Source of the DNA: Octopus vulgaris
Taxonomy: Eukaryota
Length of the DNA stretch: 64,000 nt
Direction of reading: 5' to 3'
NCBI GenBank assembly: GCA_951406725.2
Contig: OX597842.1
Location: 4,836,001 to 4,900,000 of the forward strand
Under the pieces are notes generated by a model. That model worked only from the letters and a program-made list of their open reading frames with translations, did no database searches and had not been told where the DNA came from. Numbering within the stretch: the first letter of the stretch is position 1; the number at the start of each line of letters is the position of its first letter. Made by a program: the position numbers and the translations under genes. Positions 1 through 12,625 of the stretch are shown one piece after another.

Positions 1-99
1 TAAATCTCCACGAGGCTCCAGCAGGGGGTGGTGGCGACTCCTGTTGTACTCTTTTGTTCCAACTTTCTCTCACTCTTTCTTTCTGTTTCTTGTCCCCGA

Positions 100-1640
100 C
101 TTCCTATGCAACCGCTGAGCCTAGATGCACATTCATCCATCCATCGATGCTCTCGGTGTCGGGGATTGACCTGCTTTCTTTTTTTTGCGGGTTTTACGAA
201 CAGCAAAGGACCACGTTTTGGACTACAGACAATCCTGAATGCGCTATCTTGCGAGCTCTGGGATGAAGACCGCTTCACTCAACAAACAAACAGCGACTGC
301 ATTTGAAAGAGCTCTCTGCTGACATTACTGGTTTTTCCTTCCATCAAGTGCGCTTTTCTTTGGTGGTGAGTTCCTGATTTTCTTCATCTCCTTTTGCAGT
401 ATTTGCCTCCAGTGTGGGCAATCATTTGCAACTTCCTCCTTTGAAATGAAGATGAGGTTGTCCTTGTGCTCTTCTGCTGGTTGCCAATTCCCCATACAGG
501 AGGTCTTTTGGGATCCTTCCGTCTGGCATGCGATGAACATGACTGAGCAGGCGCAAATGATGCTGCTGGAGCAGAGTAAGTATGTTGGGCATCTTGGCTT
601 GGTTAAGGACTTTGGTGTTGGTGATGTGGTCGGTCTACATGGTAGCCAAGATGTGTCTCAAATTATGAAGGTGAAAGACATTGAGATGCTGCTCCTGTCT
701 AGAGTAGTGGCTCCACGTCTCACTGCTATAAAGTATCATACTAAGGATGCACACCTTATAGACAGAAATCTTGCTGTTAGCAACCGGTTTTTTGTTTTCC
801 CAGACTCTCTTTGTGAGTTTCGCAAATGTGGGGGTTGCTTGTCGGAGTCACCTGTTGATCTCAGGGTCCGGGAGAGATCATCAGCGATGGAGGAGCCGAG
901 GCAGGTGATTTCATGGACTTACCTCCAGCTTGTAGTTGTTGATGGTGAAGGTGGGGGTGGGCTGCTTGACACTTTGGCCCATTACTTCGGTCTTCTTCAG
1001 ACTAAATTCCTGACAGGCTTTTGAGTGTTTGTCCACAAGGTGCTGCATTTACTCTTCAGAGTGTGCTGTCAGTGCTGTGTCATCCACAAACAGCATTTCT
1101 CTGATGAGTACCTGGGGTGCACCCCAGATTTTGCTTTGAGCCACAACAGACTAAACAGTTTTCTGCTTGATATGGTGTGGGGGTAATCACCATCAGTTGA
1201 TGTCCCAAATGCATGTTTCAGCATCACTGCAAGAAGATGCCAAACAGGATGGGGGTAAGCACACAGCTCTGTTTCACGCTGCTATGTTGAATGTCTCCAA
1301 AAAAAGGGCCATCAAATTGAATGACACCTTTCATGTCCACATGAAATGATTGGACAATCCTGAGGAGCCTTGGAGGACAACCAATCTGGCAAGGATTTTG
1401 AACAGGCTGTCCCTACTAACTAGGTCAAAAGCCTTTGTGAGATAAATGAAGGTGATAAAGAGTGGCTGTCTTTGCACTCTGCACTTTTCTGTAGCTGTTG
1501 GAGAGAGATCGTGTCGATGGTGGAGCGTTTAGATCTGAAATCACACTGAGATTCTGGGTATATCCTCTCAGTAATTTTCTGTAGCCTGTTTAGGGCCATG
1601 TAGGCAAAGACCTTCCCAACAATGCTTAACAGCAAGATAC
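100..1640 (-). mobile_element. Decayed RTE-clade LINE, 3' part of ORF2 (reverse transcriptase and C-terminus)
   Basis: Minus-strand ORF 1420-1665 reads LLSIVGKVF..LNRLQKITERIYPESQCDFRSKRSTID, typical of RT motifs 1-2 of RTE/BovB-like LINEs. The frame is broken by frameshifts downstream. The + ORF 446-1024 is its antisense shadow. Ends are approximate. Confidence 0.85.
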
Positions 1641-1970
1641 ATGCATCATTGGGGTATACTAGCAAATCTATGTATAGTCATAGACTGGTGATTCAGTTCA
1701 GCCCTTGTTCAATTCAGGTATGTGATGTTGATAAGCCATAAAAATGGCAAAATATCGGTAACCATCACTCCTGAATGGGATTTCAGGTTAGTTGTCTCAC
1801 CTGTCTATGTCTTTCAGGTGTTTTAACACCCAGTGCTTTGAGGGAGTCTTCCCTACTATGTAAAACCCTCACATACCAGTGAACAAGCAAAACACACACA
1901 TTAAGTATGTGCAGTTGATAATGTATACAACACAAACGCTGCTTCTAATTCATAATTGAATATATATATA

Positions 1971-2276
1971 TACTCTTTTACTTGTTTCAGTCATTTGATT
2001 GTGGCCCTGCTGGAGCACTGCCTTTAGTCGAGCAAATTGACCCCAGAAGTTATTCTTTGTAAGCCTAGTACTTATTCTATTAGTCTCTTTTGCCAAACTG
2101 CTAAGTTACAGGGAAGTAAACACACCAGCATTGGTTATCAAGCGATGTTGGGGGGACAAACAGAGACACACAAACATACATATATGACAGGCTTCTTTCA
2201 GTTTCTGTCTACCAAATCCACTCACAAAGCTTTGGCCGACCTGAGGCTATAGTAGAAGACACTCGCCCAAAGTGCC

Positions 2277-2277
<1 letters not shown>
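1971..2277 (-). mobile_element. tRNA-derived SINE family A, 5'-truncated copy
   Basis: Reverse complement matches the body and tail of the full copy at 5988-6377 (..CTCCAGCATGGCC.CA.TCAAATGACTGAAACAAGTAAAAGAGTA). Confidence 0.85.
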
Positions 2278-2307
<30 letters not shown>

Positions 2308-2666
2308 TAGCTGTAGTTAGTGAACCACAATCCATTTGTTATTTGTTTATTATTTACCTTACTCAGTACCTGCAATTCTGAGCATGAATCTGGAGTCTAC
2401 TGAGTGCAGTACAATTGGTGGTGTTTTTGTACCAAGGTAGTCATGAGATTTGTGCTGTATTCAGTTGTATGCTCATGATGTAACATGCAATTTGAATATA
2501 AATCTATCTTTACGTTGGGATGTATGTTTTGTACATAATACTGATCTCATTGACCCAACCTTGGTGCTTTACTATTTAAAGACCCAATTTGCATGAATCC
2601 TAAATGTTTATATATAGCTATCTATATATATATGTTTGTAGATGGATAGATAAATAGACACATAGT

Positions 2667-2791
2667 CAATCCACTCACAAGGCTTTGGTCGGCCCAATGC
2701 TGTAGTAGAAGATACTTGCCCAAGGTGCCATGCAGTGGGACTGAACCCAGAACCATGTGGTTTGTAAACAAGCTACTTACCACACAGCCAC
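2667..2791 (-). mobile_element. SINE family A, head fragment
   Basis: Reverse complement GTGGCTGTGTGGTAAGTAGCTTG..CCACATGGTTCTGGGTTCAGTCCCACTGC matches the head of the 5988 copy. Confidence 0.85.
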
Positions 2792-2792
2792 T

Positions 2793-2823
<31 letters not shown>

Positions 2824-4162
2824 GGCAAAATGTCTGTGTATCTGTGTGTCCTTTATACAAATCCAGTTTTTTACGTAAAAGCCTCGCATTTTCTATGGGC
2901 TTTCAAAACTGTCTGAGGGTGGTTGTGAAGATCTTTTCATTTCTCCAGTCACCCCAGAAAGCCATTAAAAAAAAATCAATAAACTGACCCCTAATGCCCA
3001 TAAGTTATGGGCATATCCATTCAAAATCGCCAAAACAGAAATTTGTACACGGTGCGTGCGTAGAGCTAGATATGCCAATAGACTACCAGCTGTTTATTGA
3101 TTGGACAGAGATAATTTAACCCTTGACAGTTGAATGCACGTGCGCATTTGCAGACAGTTTGTATGACTCAGCACAGACACATCATCATGTGTTTTGGCTT
3201 TCAAACATGCACGCTTTTTTGATTTGAGAAATGCAGGGAATAATTAACAAGTTAGGGTCTCCAAAGCTACATTCTTCAATGGCTTTTAATACAATGCAGT
3301 TGTCCTCCTCCGAAACAAACCCGCCATGCACATCTCCACAGCCATGTCATTTAGAACCCCTAGGATGGGTTAGTGATAGATCGGGATTAGAAGCTGCCTA
3401 TTAGAGGTCTAGGTTTTAGTTGAAGGCTTAGTTGTGTTCCAAACCTAACCTCCTCCGTGTCAGTGGATCGGGAGCCCAATTAGCCTTCCGGCAAAAAGGT
3501 ATACCTATTATTTATACCTTAGTTAACCTTGATGTCTTGCGTGCTTCTAAGCGTCATGAACTTACTGCGTTACTTGCTTCAATGCGTCATTCTCATAAAA
3601 TCACTTTGAATGTTGTTTTTTGTGCTCTAATTGCTCTGCCTTTTCGCCGGAATCAGCACTTTTCCCCCACCATTGCTATTCACTCATAGGACCAGGGGTT
3701 AGGTGAGGGTGTCAAAAGAGCTGGCATGTGCAACTTGATCACCTCTGCCAGTCAAACTCCCAACCCATGCGTTCCCGTTGCGACACTGATTGCGCAGAAC
3801 TGGGTTGGGTGTGAAACCAAAACTCAACAAACGAGATTTACGTGTATTTTCAAAATCATGCTATTTTGCGGCCAAATTCGTGTTTTGCGCTTTCTTCTGC
3901 CTCCTTTTTTGCCCGACTAATGGCATGTGCACAGTCCTGCTAATTTTCCATGATTATGCCATTCCAAGTGTGAAAACCAAAGTCCAATGAATATTGATTA
4001 CTCTCATAAAAAGCTCCAACTAGCTCATAAACAACAAAACTGGCCCTGGCTGAAATGTGATAAGAAACTTAGCTCTTGATTTAGTGAGAAACTTTTACTG
4101 TGACCCGGCAATGAACATCAAGCACTAGCACTAGACCTGGCAACGCCGGGTTATAGTGCTGG
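2793..4162 (+). mobile_element. Non-autonomous Helitron
   Basis: The 3' end has the subterminal hairpin ACCTGGC-AAC-GCCGGGT (4135-4151), then CTGG (CTRR, 4159-4162) followed by T. The 5' end is a (TA)n run then AAACGGCAAAATGTCTGTGTATCTGTGTGTCC. The 5' boundary is approximate. Confidence 0.65.
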
Positions 4163-4407
4163 TACTACATAAATAATATTTTTATAAACAAACTTGAAAG
4201 GCTTTGCAAGTTACAGAGAGAAAGCTACTATGGAAAGCTCATAGTATATATATACAGTTATTTTATATATATACACATATATATATATATACATATACAC
4301 AATATATATATATATATATATATACATACACACACACATACATAGCTGTAGTTAGTGAACCACTATCCATTTATTATTTACCTTACTCGATACCTGCAAT
4401 TCCTGAC

Positions 4408-4655
4408 CGAGCTACGTGTTGTGTTCTTGAGTAAGACACTTTATTTTACGTTGCTCCAGTTCATTCATCTGTAGAAATAAGTTGCGACATCACAGGTGCC
4501 AAGTTGTATCGGCCCCTTTGCCTTTCCCTTGGATAACATTGATAGCATGGGGAGGGGAGGCCATGCATGGGCAAGTGCTGGTCTTCCATAAACAATCTTG
4601 CCCAGAGTTGTACATGGGAGGGTAACTTTCTAGGTGCAATCCCATGGTCAGTCAA
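4408..4655 (+). mobile_element. SINE family B fragment (related copies 55165-55455 on -, 46385-46585 on -)
   Basis: GTGTTGTGTTCTTGAGTAAGACACTTTATTTTACGTTGCTCCAGTTCA..GGTGCCAAGTTGTATCGGCCCCTTTGCC is shared with the reverse complement of 55165-55455. Confidence 0.7.
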
Positions 4656-5987
4656 GAGGTCTCAGCAGTTAGTCAGACAGCTAGCTAGGTAGATAGACAG
4701 ACAGCAAGGCAGACCTTCTTCTTGTTCTTTGTCACATCACCTGTGGATACTGAATCCTACTAGAGAGCAGATTATGTATTTCATCTTTGCTTTTATGGCT
4801 GTGGTCTTGGACCAGCTGCATGGTCTGTAAGCTCACATCCAGGATGTTTTCATGAGACCCCACTAGAGTGGGTGGCCACTGATTCACAATAAGCTTCTCA
4901 TTAATAGCTGTTTAAACAGTTCCATATTCAACCCACATGATTCTCCTTATAGCTGTTTTTACAATGTACTCAACTCATCATGATTCTCCTAATAACTATT
5001 TTCACAGGTCTATACTCAACCCAGAGATGGATGAAGAATCAACATGGCCACAAGACTATGCATTGATGTGAAAAATCAGACTATTGAATTTTTACTGAAG
5101 ATCTCTGGCACATGCAAAACACGATGTTCATATAAGATTGATTCTGTCTCTCTTTCATGAATGCCTTGTAATAGCATAGCAATAAATGATGTATATAAAT
5201 TGACAAGTCTTTTGTCATAACCACACTACAAGCTCTTTGTCCTTTGATAGGTCCTGTTTTCAATGCTGCAGAATGTTCACACCATTGGGTTACATGGTAC
5301 CAGTAGTAGGGGTTTCCAGACATGACCCAAAGATAGACAGACAGGCAGATAGATGGATAGGTAGATAGATAGACAGAAAGTAGAGACCAAGATTAGACAA
5401 GCAGGGCAGATAGACACACATATATACATCATAGGCAATTCCAGGTCATCAGTATCACTCGGGCTCATCACAGATTTTGTATAAGACACATGCCTGCTTG
5501 AAGAATTTCATGATTTTCCACAATATTTCTAGCCCCAAATGGCTTATTTTTTATATTTAGCACTATGTCTTTCTCCAATTCTAAGTTCAGCAACCCTGCA
5601 AAACACAACTGATCTTTACACACAGATGTGCAGAATAACAGTGTAAAAACTAACATTTCTTTTTTCCGAGGTGAGATTTGAAACCGAATCTAAGGATTCT
5701 TGCTCGTCTAATCCACCACTGAGCAAACGGGCGCGAAAGAGATTTCTGTCCTGTAAAAAACAATGGATTGTTTCCCTTTGACCTCAACTGTGTCATTTAA
5801 GGTTCAACTGGACAGGAGGCGACCTACATAGGTGGGAATTTCTCCTGTCTGTCCTTCTAGCTGTCATGGCCATTATAAATACAGCAATCCATCAAGGGAC
5901 AGTCAGACAGAGAGTACCAGTTAAACAGGCAACACAGATTCAGATATTCAACATGAACAACAGTCATAGTCACAGAACATTAACATA

Positions 5988-6377
5988 GGCGCAGGAGTGG
6001 CTGTGTGGTAAGTAGCTTGCCTACCAGCCACATGGTTCCGGGTTCAGTCCCACTGCGTGGCACCTTGGGCAAGTGTCTTCTACTATAGCCTCGGGCTATA
6101 GTAGAAGACTATGTGAGTGGATTTGGTAGACGGAAACTGAAAGAAGCCCGTCGTATATATGTATATATATATATGCGTGTGTGTGTGTCTGTGTTTGTCC
6201 CCTAGCATTGCTTGACAACCGATGCTGGTGTGTTTATGTCCCCGTTACTTAGCGGTTCGGCAAAAGAGACCGTTAGAATAAGTACTGGGCTTACAAAAGA
6301 ATAAGTCCCGGGGTCGAGTTGCTCGATTAAAGGCGGTGCTCCAGCATGGCCGCAGTCAAATGACTGAAACAAGTAAA
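5988..6377 (+). mobile_element. Full-length tRNA-derived SINE family A
   Basis: A-box-like TGGCTGTGTGG and B-box-like GGTTCAGTCCC, an internal (TA)/(TG) tract, and a tail GACTGAAACAAGTAAA. More than ten related copies or fragments occur in the window. Confidence 0.9.
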
Positions 6378-7138
6378 TGAGTATATACCACTGAATGACC
6401 AACGCACATACAGACACAAAACATGTCTGGTTCTACCTTATCATATCAACACAGTATTTGCCCTGTTAATTTCTTTGCCATCTCGAAGCAGTTGGTAAAG
6501 TGATGTAGTGAAATATTGGCGTATACAAGTAAATGCAAGTGTCGTTTACTTTGAAGTCATCACATGCCTACTTCATCTGCTATCTCAACATCTTTAGCTA
6601 CACCTTTCGCCACAACAAACATCAGCAATCTGACTGTTGCCTGTACTCTTGAGAAGAGATGCTAGTTAGTCTTTTACACCTACCGGGATCGTTCATATTA
6701 GCCCGAAATGCTGGATAATTTTTCGTTCCTTTAAGAATAAAACTTTTCATAGATTGGAATTTCAATCCTAATCTCTATAGAAATTTATCATTTGAAGAAA
6801 AAAAATGAATTTAAATTTTGATTTTTACGATTATAGATAATAACTTAGGCTGTAACTTCTGAGCCCGAGTCAGGCACATGTGAATGATATCAAGAGAACG
6901 TCAGCTACGAATATTTTTGGACACGGGGCATCTCTAAGACGACCGCCAAACGCCGAATGAAAATAAACTGCAACCTAGGCTCAATAAAAGGAGCCCGAAT
7001 TATTGGTTGCAATTACATACATGAAGTCAGTGTTGGCTGAAATTAAATCAGCTTGCATATACACGCTCACTTAAATAAATTTATACTTGGGCTAAGCCCG
7101 AACAGCCTGAGTGTTGGAGTCAACGCTGATATATATAT

Positions 7139-7424
7139 CACGTGACCGACCAGGCTATCAGATGTTGCTACACATCGCTGGTCACAATGCGCTTCGCATT
7201 GTTTTAGCCCTCAAATGAGGCCACCCCGCTGGCTAAGTGAGCAGGCCAACAGAGGAAAGAGTGAGAGAAAGCTGTGGCGAAAGAGTACAGCAGGGATCGC
7301 CACCCCCTCTGCCAGAGCCTCGCGGGGCTCTTTAGATGTTTTCGCTCAATAAACACTCACAACGCCCGGTCTGGGAATCGAAACCGCGAGTCCGCTGCCC
7401 TAACCACTGGGCCATTGCGCCTCC
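7139..7424 (-). mobile_element. tRNA-derived SINE family C
   Basis: The minus strand begins GGAGGCGCAATGGCCCAGTGGTTAGGGCAGCGGACTCGCGGTTTCGATTCCC (A and B boxes), followed by a non-tRNA body. It is CpG-rich. Confidence 0.75.
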
Positions 7425-7805
7425 ACACACATACATATATATAAATACAAACTGGGACAAGAACGCAAAACACTTAGAAGACGATACAAAAAAACACGGA
7501 CGGGACATTTGAAGCAATTTCGGCTGATTAATCTTGAGATTGCTCCGATCTGGCCAGCCCCAAATATATATATAACTGAAAGAAGTCCATGAGATATAAG
7601 TGCGTGTGTGTATCTGTTTGTCCCCCATCATCGCTTGACAACTTAGTGGTTCAGCAAAAGAGATATAAAATAGGTACCATGCTGTTCAAAAATAGGTACT
7701 GGAGTTGAATGAATATTCAACTAAAAATTCTTCAAGGCAATGCATCAATGTGGCTACTAATGACTGAAACAAGTAATGGATGAAAGACATACACACATAT
7801 ATATG

Positions 7806-8125
7806 TGTGTGTGGTAAGAAACTTGCTTCGCAACCACATGGCTCTGGGTTCAGTGTCTTGTACTGTAGTCTTGGACTGACCAAAGCCTTGTGAGTGGATT
7901 TGGTAGACGGAAACTGAGAGAAGCCCGTTGTATATAGGTATATTAATATATATACATGTTTGCGTGTGTGATCCCCCTACACCGCTTGACAACAGGTGTT
8001 GGTGTGTTTATGTACGCGTCACTCAGTAAAAGAAAAAAAGAAAATTAAGCACCGAGGCCGATTCGACTAAAAATTCTTCCAGACGGTGCTCCAGAATGGC
8101 TGCTTTCTAATGACTGAAACAAATA
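7806..8125 (+). mobile_element. SINE family A copy
   Basis: GTGTGGTAAGAAACTTGCTTCGCAACCACATGG...GCCTTGTGAGTGGATTTGGTAGACGGAAACTG...ATGACTGAAACAA. Confidence 0.8.
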
Positions 8126-8556
8126 AAATAAAAAAAAAAAGATATATGTAGGTAACTAGATAGAAAGATAGATATACAGTGGCAGGCACTTAGTCTAATT
8201 ACAGAAAAATGCATTCAAAAGTATTGTCCCGAACATGCTCGTATTACTTGCTAGTTATTGATAAGTAAAAGGCTTTGTCATCACTCTATAATTAATTATG
8301 CATTTTACAATCGTAGGAATTGTACCGATGTATATATATATATATATCTCGAGAAAGAGATAAATTGGCACTCCACCGGCTTCGTTTCTTTAAGTTTCAG
8401 AAAAAGGCATATTTTTTTAATGAAATTTTGCGGCGTATCTTTCTGAGAGTGTTGATATTATTAAAAAAGAAAAGCGAAAGTGCGGGGCTATTCGTTTCTC
8501 TCACTCTGTAACTTCAGCGTATTTCCCGTTTTTTTTTCCCTTTCTAGATTTATATA

Positions 8557-8734
8557 CGGTAATCCCTCGCTCTATCGCGGTTTATTATTTAAGCTTACAT
8601 CGATTCCTCCGTGTTTTGCATTTACAATAAAATAAATATGTACAAATTCTTAAAATAATAAAAAAAATATATGCGGTACAGTACTGTTTCTACTTCGCGG
8701 ATTTTCACCTATCGCGATAGTCGAGGGATTACTA
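8557..8734. mobile_element. Tc1/mariner (Tigger/pogo-like) MITE nested in an older foldback element
   Basis: TIRs CGGTAATCCCTCGCTCTATCGCG / CGCGATAGTCGAGGGATTACTA with TA on both sides. The flanks 8418-8450 and 8766-8798 are themselves inverted repeats. Confidence 0.75.
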
Positions 8735-9339
8735 TATTTGAAATATCAACATAAGCTAATATACGCTCTCAGAAAAATATCTCTGCAAAATTTCATTTAA
8801 AAATTTACAACTGTCATGAGGGAAAAATCGGGAGAGGAGGAGAAAGATCCGAAACTGCTTAGTTAAAAAAACAAATTAATGTTATTAACAATCATAATTT
8901 ATATATTCGAAAAACATATCTGTAAAATTCCATGTAAAAAAACCCATTTTTCTAAATGTTATGAGGAAACAAAGTTGGGGCATCGCTCTGTAGTTATGCC
9001 TCATAGATGTGCTGACGTAGAATAAATAGAAATTTAATATCTATGAAATATTTGGTGTGAACTAATACTGTACATTCTCCTACAATATTTTATGCCGGTT
9101 TCTTTTTAAGACCAGAGAGTGATTTCGGTGATATTTCTAAGGACGAGGGACGGTCGTTGCGGTGTTCAATCATGGAGCTCTTTCTTTTGACGCGAGTTCA
9201 AATCCCGCTAATGTTGATTCTCAGCTTTTCACCCTCTGTAACGACCGGTACCAGAAGTCAATTACTCACTTAGATATATGATCGATTATAACCCCAATTT
9301 ATCACGAGATCACAACCTCCATACAATAACTAATACATG

Positions 9340-10330
9340 ACTTAATTTATTTGATTAAATATCGATATAAACGAACAATCCTGGGCTTCGGTTTTCGCGC
9401 CATTTCTAAGCCCCTTCTAAGCGTACTCTTTGCTGATTGGTCGGGATTCTGTCACCGCTCAGGCAAATCACTGCTTTGTGCGTCATCTAAAAATAGTGCA
9501 AGGTCATGAACTAGATTTCTACACTTCACTCAGAGTCTTCAACTTCACTCACACTCAGTCTTACACGCACGCTTCTGGACATACACACTACATTCCCACA
9601 ATTCCCGGCGCCTGACGGAAATCAATATTCGTAGTAATAACATTAAGACAAATATATTAAGAAAATTATTAATTTATAGAAATCGAAGAAAATAACTTAC
9701 TTAGAAAAATAAAGACGAAAATTATAAAACACTAAAAAAAATACTGGCGAAAATTTGAAAAAAAACCTACGAATAAAAACAAATAAAAGAAATTTAATTC
9801 CTTCCCAGCATTCTTCTAAGTAAGACGCGCGCGGTTTAGAGATTCTCCGGAACTCCAATCCAGAGAAGCAGAAGTAACGGTGGTGGGTTACACAGTTTAG
9901 CCAAATATGTAAGTATTAAATCTACGGCAGAACATGTCGTATTTTTTTCACAATCGATGTATATTTATTTTGCTCTGTCATTTCAAATCAACATTTTGTA
10001 ATTTTCATCCATGTCCGGTCTCTGCAATGCTATCGATGCAGTTGGATGATGTTTTTTTTGTATGCTGAAGCCATTGGCATGGCGGGTTTTTTCATTAAAA
10101 AAAAATAATAAAATAATAATTTTCTTGTAATATTCATCAATCATCCGCCATTTCTCTTCGTAATTCTACATGCTTGTGTTTCTTTACGCTTTCCTCAGTG
10201 TTCTTTCTTATCGGATGACTGTTTCTTGCGTGGTTTTATCGACGATTTTAGCTGGATTTTTGTTGGGTAAGTGAATGGCTGGATGTGTTCTGTGAGCGGG
10301 CTGTAATGGCGGGCGGCGATGACGACATGA
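9340..10330 (+). promoter_or_regulatory. Probable CpG-rich promoter/first-exon region of the CNBP-like gene
   Basis: Repeat-free and CpG-rich. DRE-type TATCGATA at 9360-9367, inverted CCAAT (CTGATTGG, 9433-9440), and several YY1-like CGCCAT/ATGGCG motifs (~9398, 10079, 10146, 10306). A consensus donor follows 9908. Confidence 0.6.
9800..9908 (+). other. CNBP: Candidate non-coding exon 1 (5' UTR) of CNBP-like gene; TSS not determinable
   Basis: Ends at AT|GTAAGT (intron starts 9909). The ATG exon has only 1 nt before the ATG, so an upstream exon is required. Start is approximate. Confidence 0.5.
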
Positions 10331-11117
10331 TGGTGACACCTCTCGTCTCTAATCATTTTCTCTCTCTTTCTTCAAATAATGTCGCCAATATTCATACAGA
10401 CGTCTGCTGTTAACATTTATACAAATTGTATTTAACCAAGTACAAAATTTGAATCCTTTATGGTCTCCTGTAAAGGAAATATGCCGTGTGTGTGTGTCTG
10501 CATTGTATCTGGCTGCTTCATTTAATATTTCTCTATTTTCAGATATTTGCGTTATATTTTCTATCCTGCTCTACACGCACGCACACATATGTGTGCGTAT
10601 ATATATATCTATATACACACATACTTTCACACGCATACATTATGATCGTGCGTGTATATATATGCGTTTTGCCTATGCGTGTCTTTATACGCATAAATGT
10701 CCGATGTATATACATAAAAATATCGGGCGACCTGTATAAAAGTGTATATAATCACATTCGTATACTCGATGTAAAATCCTAACAATTATATACAATATAT
10801 ACACATTGTTAATATGTATATATTCATATATTCGTGTATATATTGTATATTCATACTCGTGTATACGCATCCACAGACGGTCATAGAAATGTATGTATAT
10901 TTGAACGCTTGAACGTTACTGTATTCAGTATACATGTGAACTCACTTCCGTGTGCGTATATATAAATATATATATATTGTATTAGTATATTGAGATGTCG
11001 TTGAGGCCAAGCTGCAGCATCTCTTTTAATGCGCGCGAGTGTATATGTGTGTGTATAATGGTCTACGTAAGTACTTGTTATATAACCGTTATATTTATAT
11101 GCACCTCATGTCTGTAA

Positions 11118-12185
11118 TATATATATGTGAAAGATAGCCATATATATATACATATATATATGTGAAAGATATACATATATATATGTGAAAGATATACGTA
11201 TATATATGTGAAAGATATACATATATATATGTGAAAGATATACATATATATATGTGAAAGATAGCCATATATATATGTGAAAGATATACATATATATATG
11301 TGAAAGATAGCATATATATATATATACATATATATATGTGAAAGATATACATATATATATACATATATATATGTGAAAGATAGCCATATATATATACATA
11401 TATATATGTGAAAGATAGCCATATATATATACATATATATATGTGAAAGATATACATATATATATACATATATATATGTGAAAGATAGCCATATATACAT
11501 ATATATATGTGAAAGATAGCCATATATACATATATATATGTGAAAGATAGCCATATATACATATATATATGTGAAAGATAGCCATATATACATATATATA
11601 TGTGAAAGATAGCCATATATATAGACATATATATATGTGAAAGATAGCCATATATATATACATATATATATGTGAAAGATAGCCATATATATATACATAT
11701 ATATATGTGAAAGATAGCCATATATATATACATATATATATGTGAAAGATAGCCATATATATATACATATATATATATGTGAAAGATAGCATATATACAT
11801 ATATATATGTGAAAGATAGCCATATATATATACATATATATATGTGAAAGATAGCCATATATATATACATATAGCCATATATATAGCCATATATACATAT
11901 ATATATGTGAAAGATAGCCATATATATATATATACATATATATATGTGAAAGATAGCCATATATATATATACATATATATATGTGAAAGATAGCCATATA
12001 TATATATACATATATATAATGTGAAAGATAGCTATATATATACATATATATAATGTGAAAGATAGCTATATATATATACATATATATATGTGAAAGATAG
12101 CCATATATATATACATATATATATATGTGAAAGATAGCCATATATATATGTGAAAGATAGCCATATATATATACATATATATATG
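11118..12185. repeat. Minisatellite: about 32 copies of TGTGAAAGATAGCCA core separated by variable (TA)n CA (TA)n
   Basis: About 32 GTGAAAGAT cores counted by eye. It produces the spurious Y/I-rich ORFs at 11078-12328. Confidence 0.95.
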
Positions 12186-12282
12186 TGTAGGGATATATAT
12201 ATACATATATATATGTAAATACATATATATATACAATGTATGTGTGTATATATAGTCAATATATACATATCCGCATATATAT

Positions 12283-12315
<33 letters not shown>

Positions 12316-12451
12316 GACACCTACGCATCTGTGTACTTTAAGCAAGGTATGTGTGTGCATTTATTGGTTAAAGCTTGGGGTTTTGCTTGCTAAACTTCTC
12401 CGCCATACGGCTTTTATAATCACAAAATACAATTTATGGAATTCCGCACTT

Positions 12452-12500
<49 letters not shown>

Positions 12501-12625
12501 CTACGCATCTGTGTACTTTAAGCAAGGTATGTGTGTGCATTTATTGGTTAAAGCTTGGGGTTTTGCTTGCTAAACTTCTCCGCCATACGGCTTTTATAAT
12601 CACAAAATACAATTTATGGAATTCA
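12283..12625. repeat. Direct tandem duplication, 180-bp period, two copies
   Basis: CACCTACGCATCTG...TTTATGGAATTC appears identical at 12318 and 12498, each copy preceded by TTGTGTGTG(TA)n. Confidence 0.95.

Noticed and set aside
446-1024. 192-aa + strand ORF
   Set aside because: It is the antisense shadow of the decayed RTE LINE on the - strand.
5081-5656. Short minus-strand ORFs as exons of a neighbouring gene
   Set aside because: No recognisable domain and no consistent donor/acceptor pair with an open frame.
9150-9215. tRNA-like B box GAGTTCAAATCCC
   Set aside because: No cloverleaf can be built; it looks like a decayed SINE head. The same applies to the SINE heads at 5988 and 7424.
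11078-12328. Long 298-348 aa ORFs and a CRISPR-like look (constant core plus variable spacer)
   Set aside because: The ORFs are translations of a TA-rich minisatellite. The spacers are only (TA)n length variants, there are no cas genes, and the context is eukaryotic.
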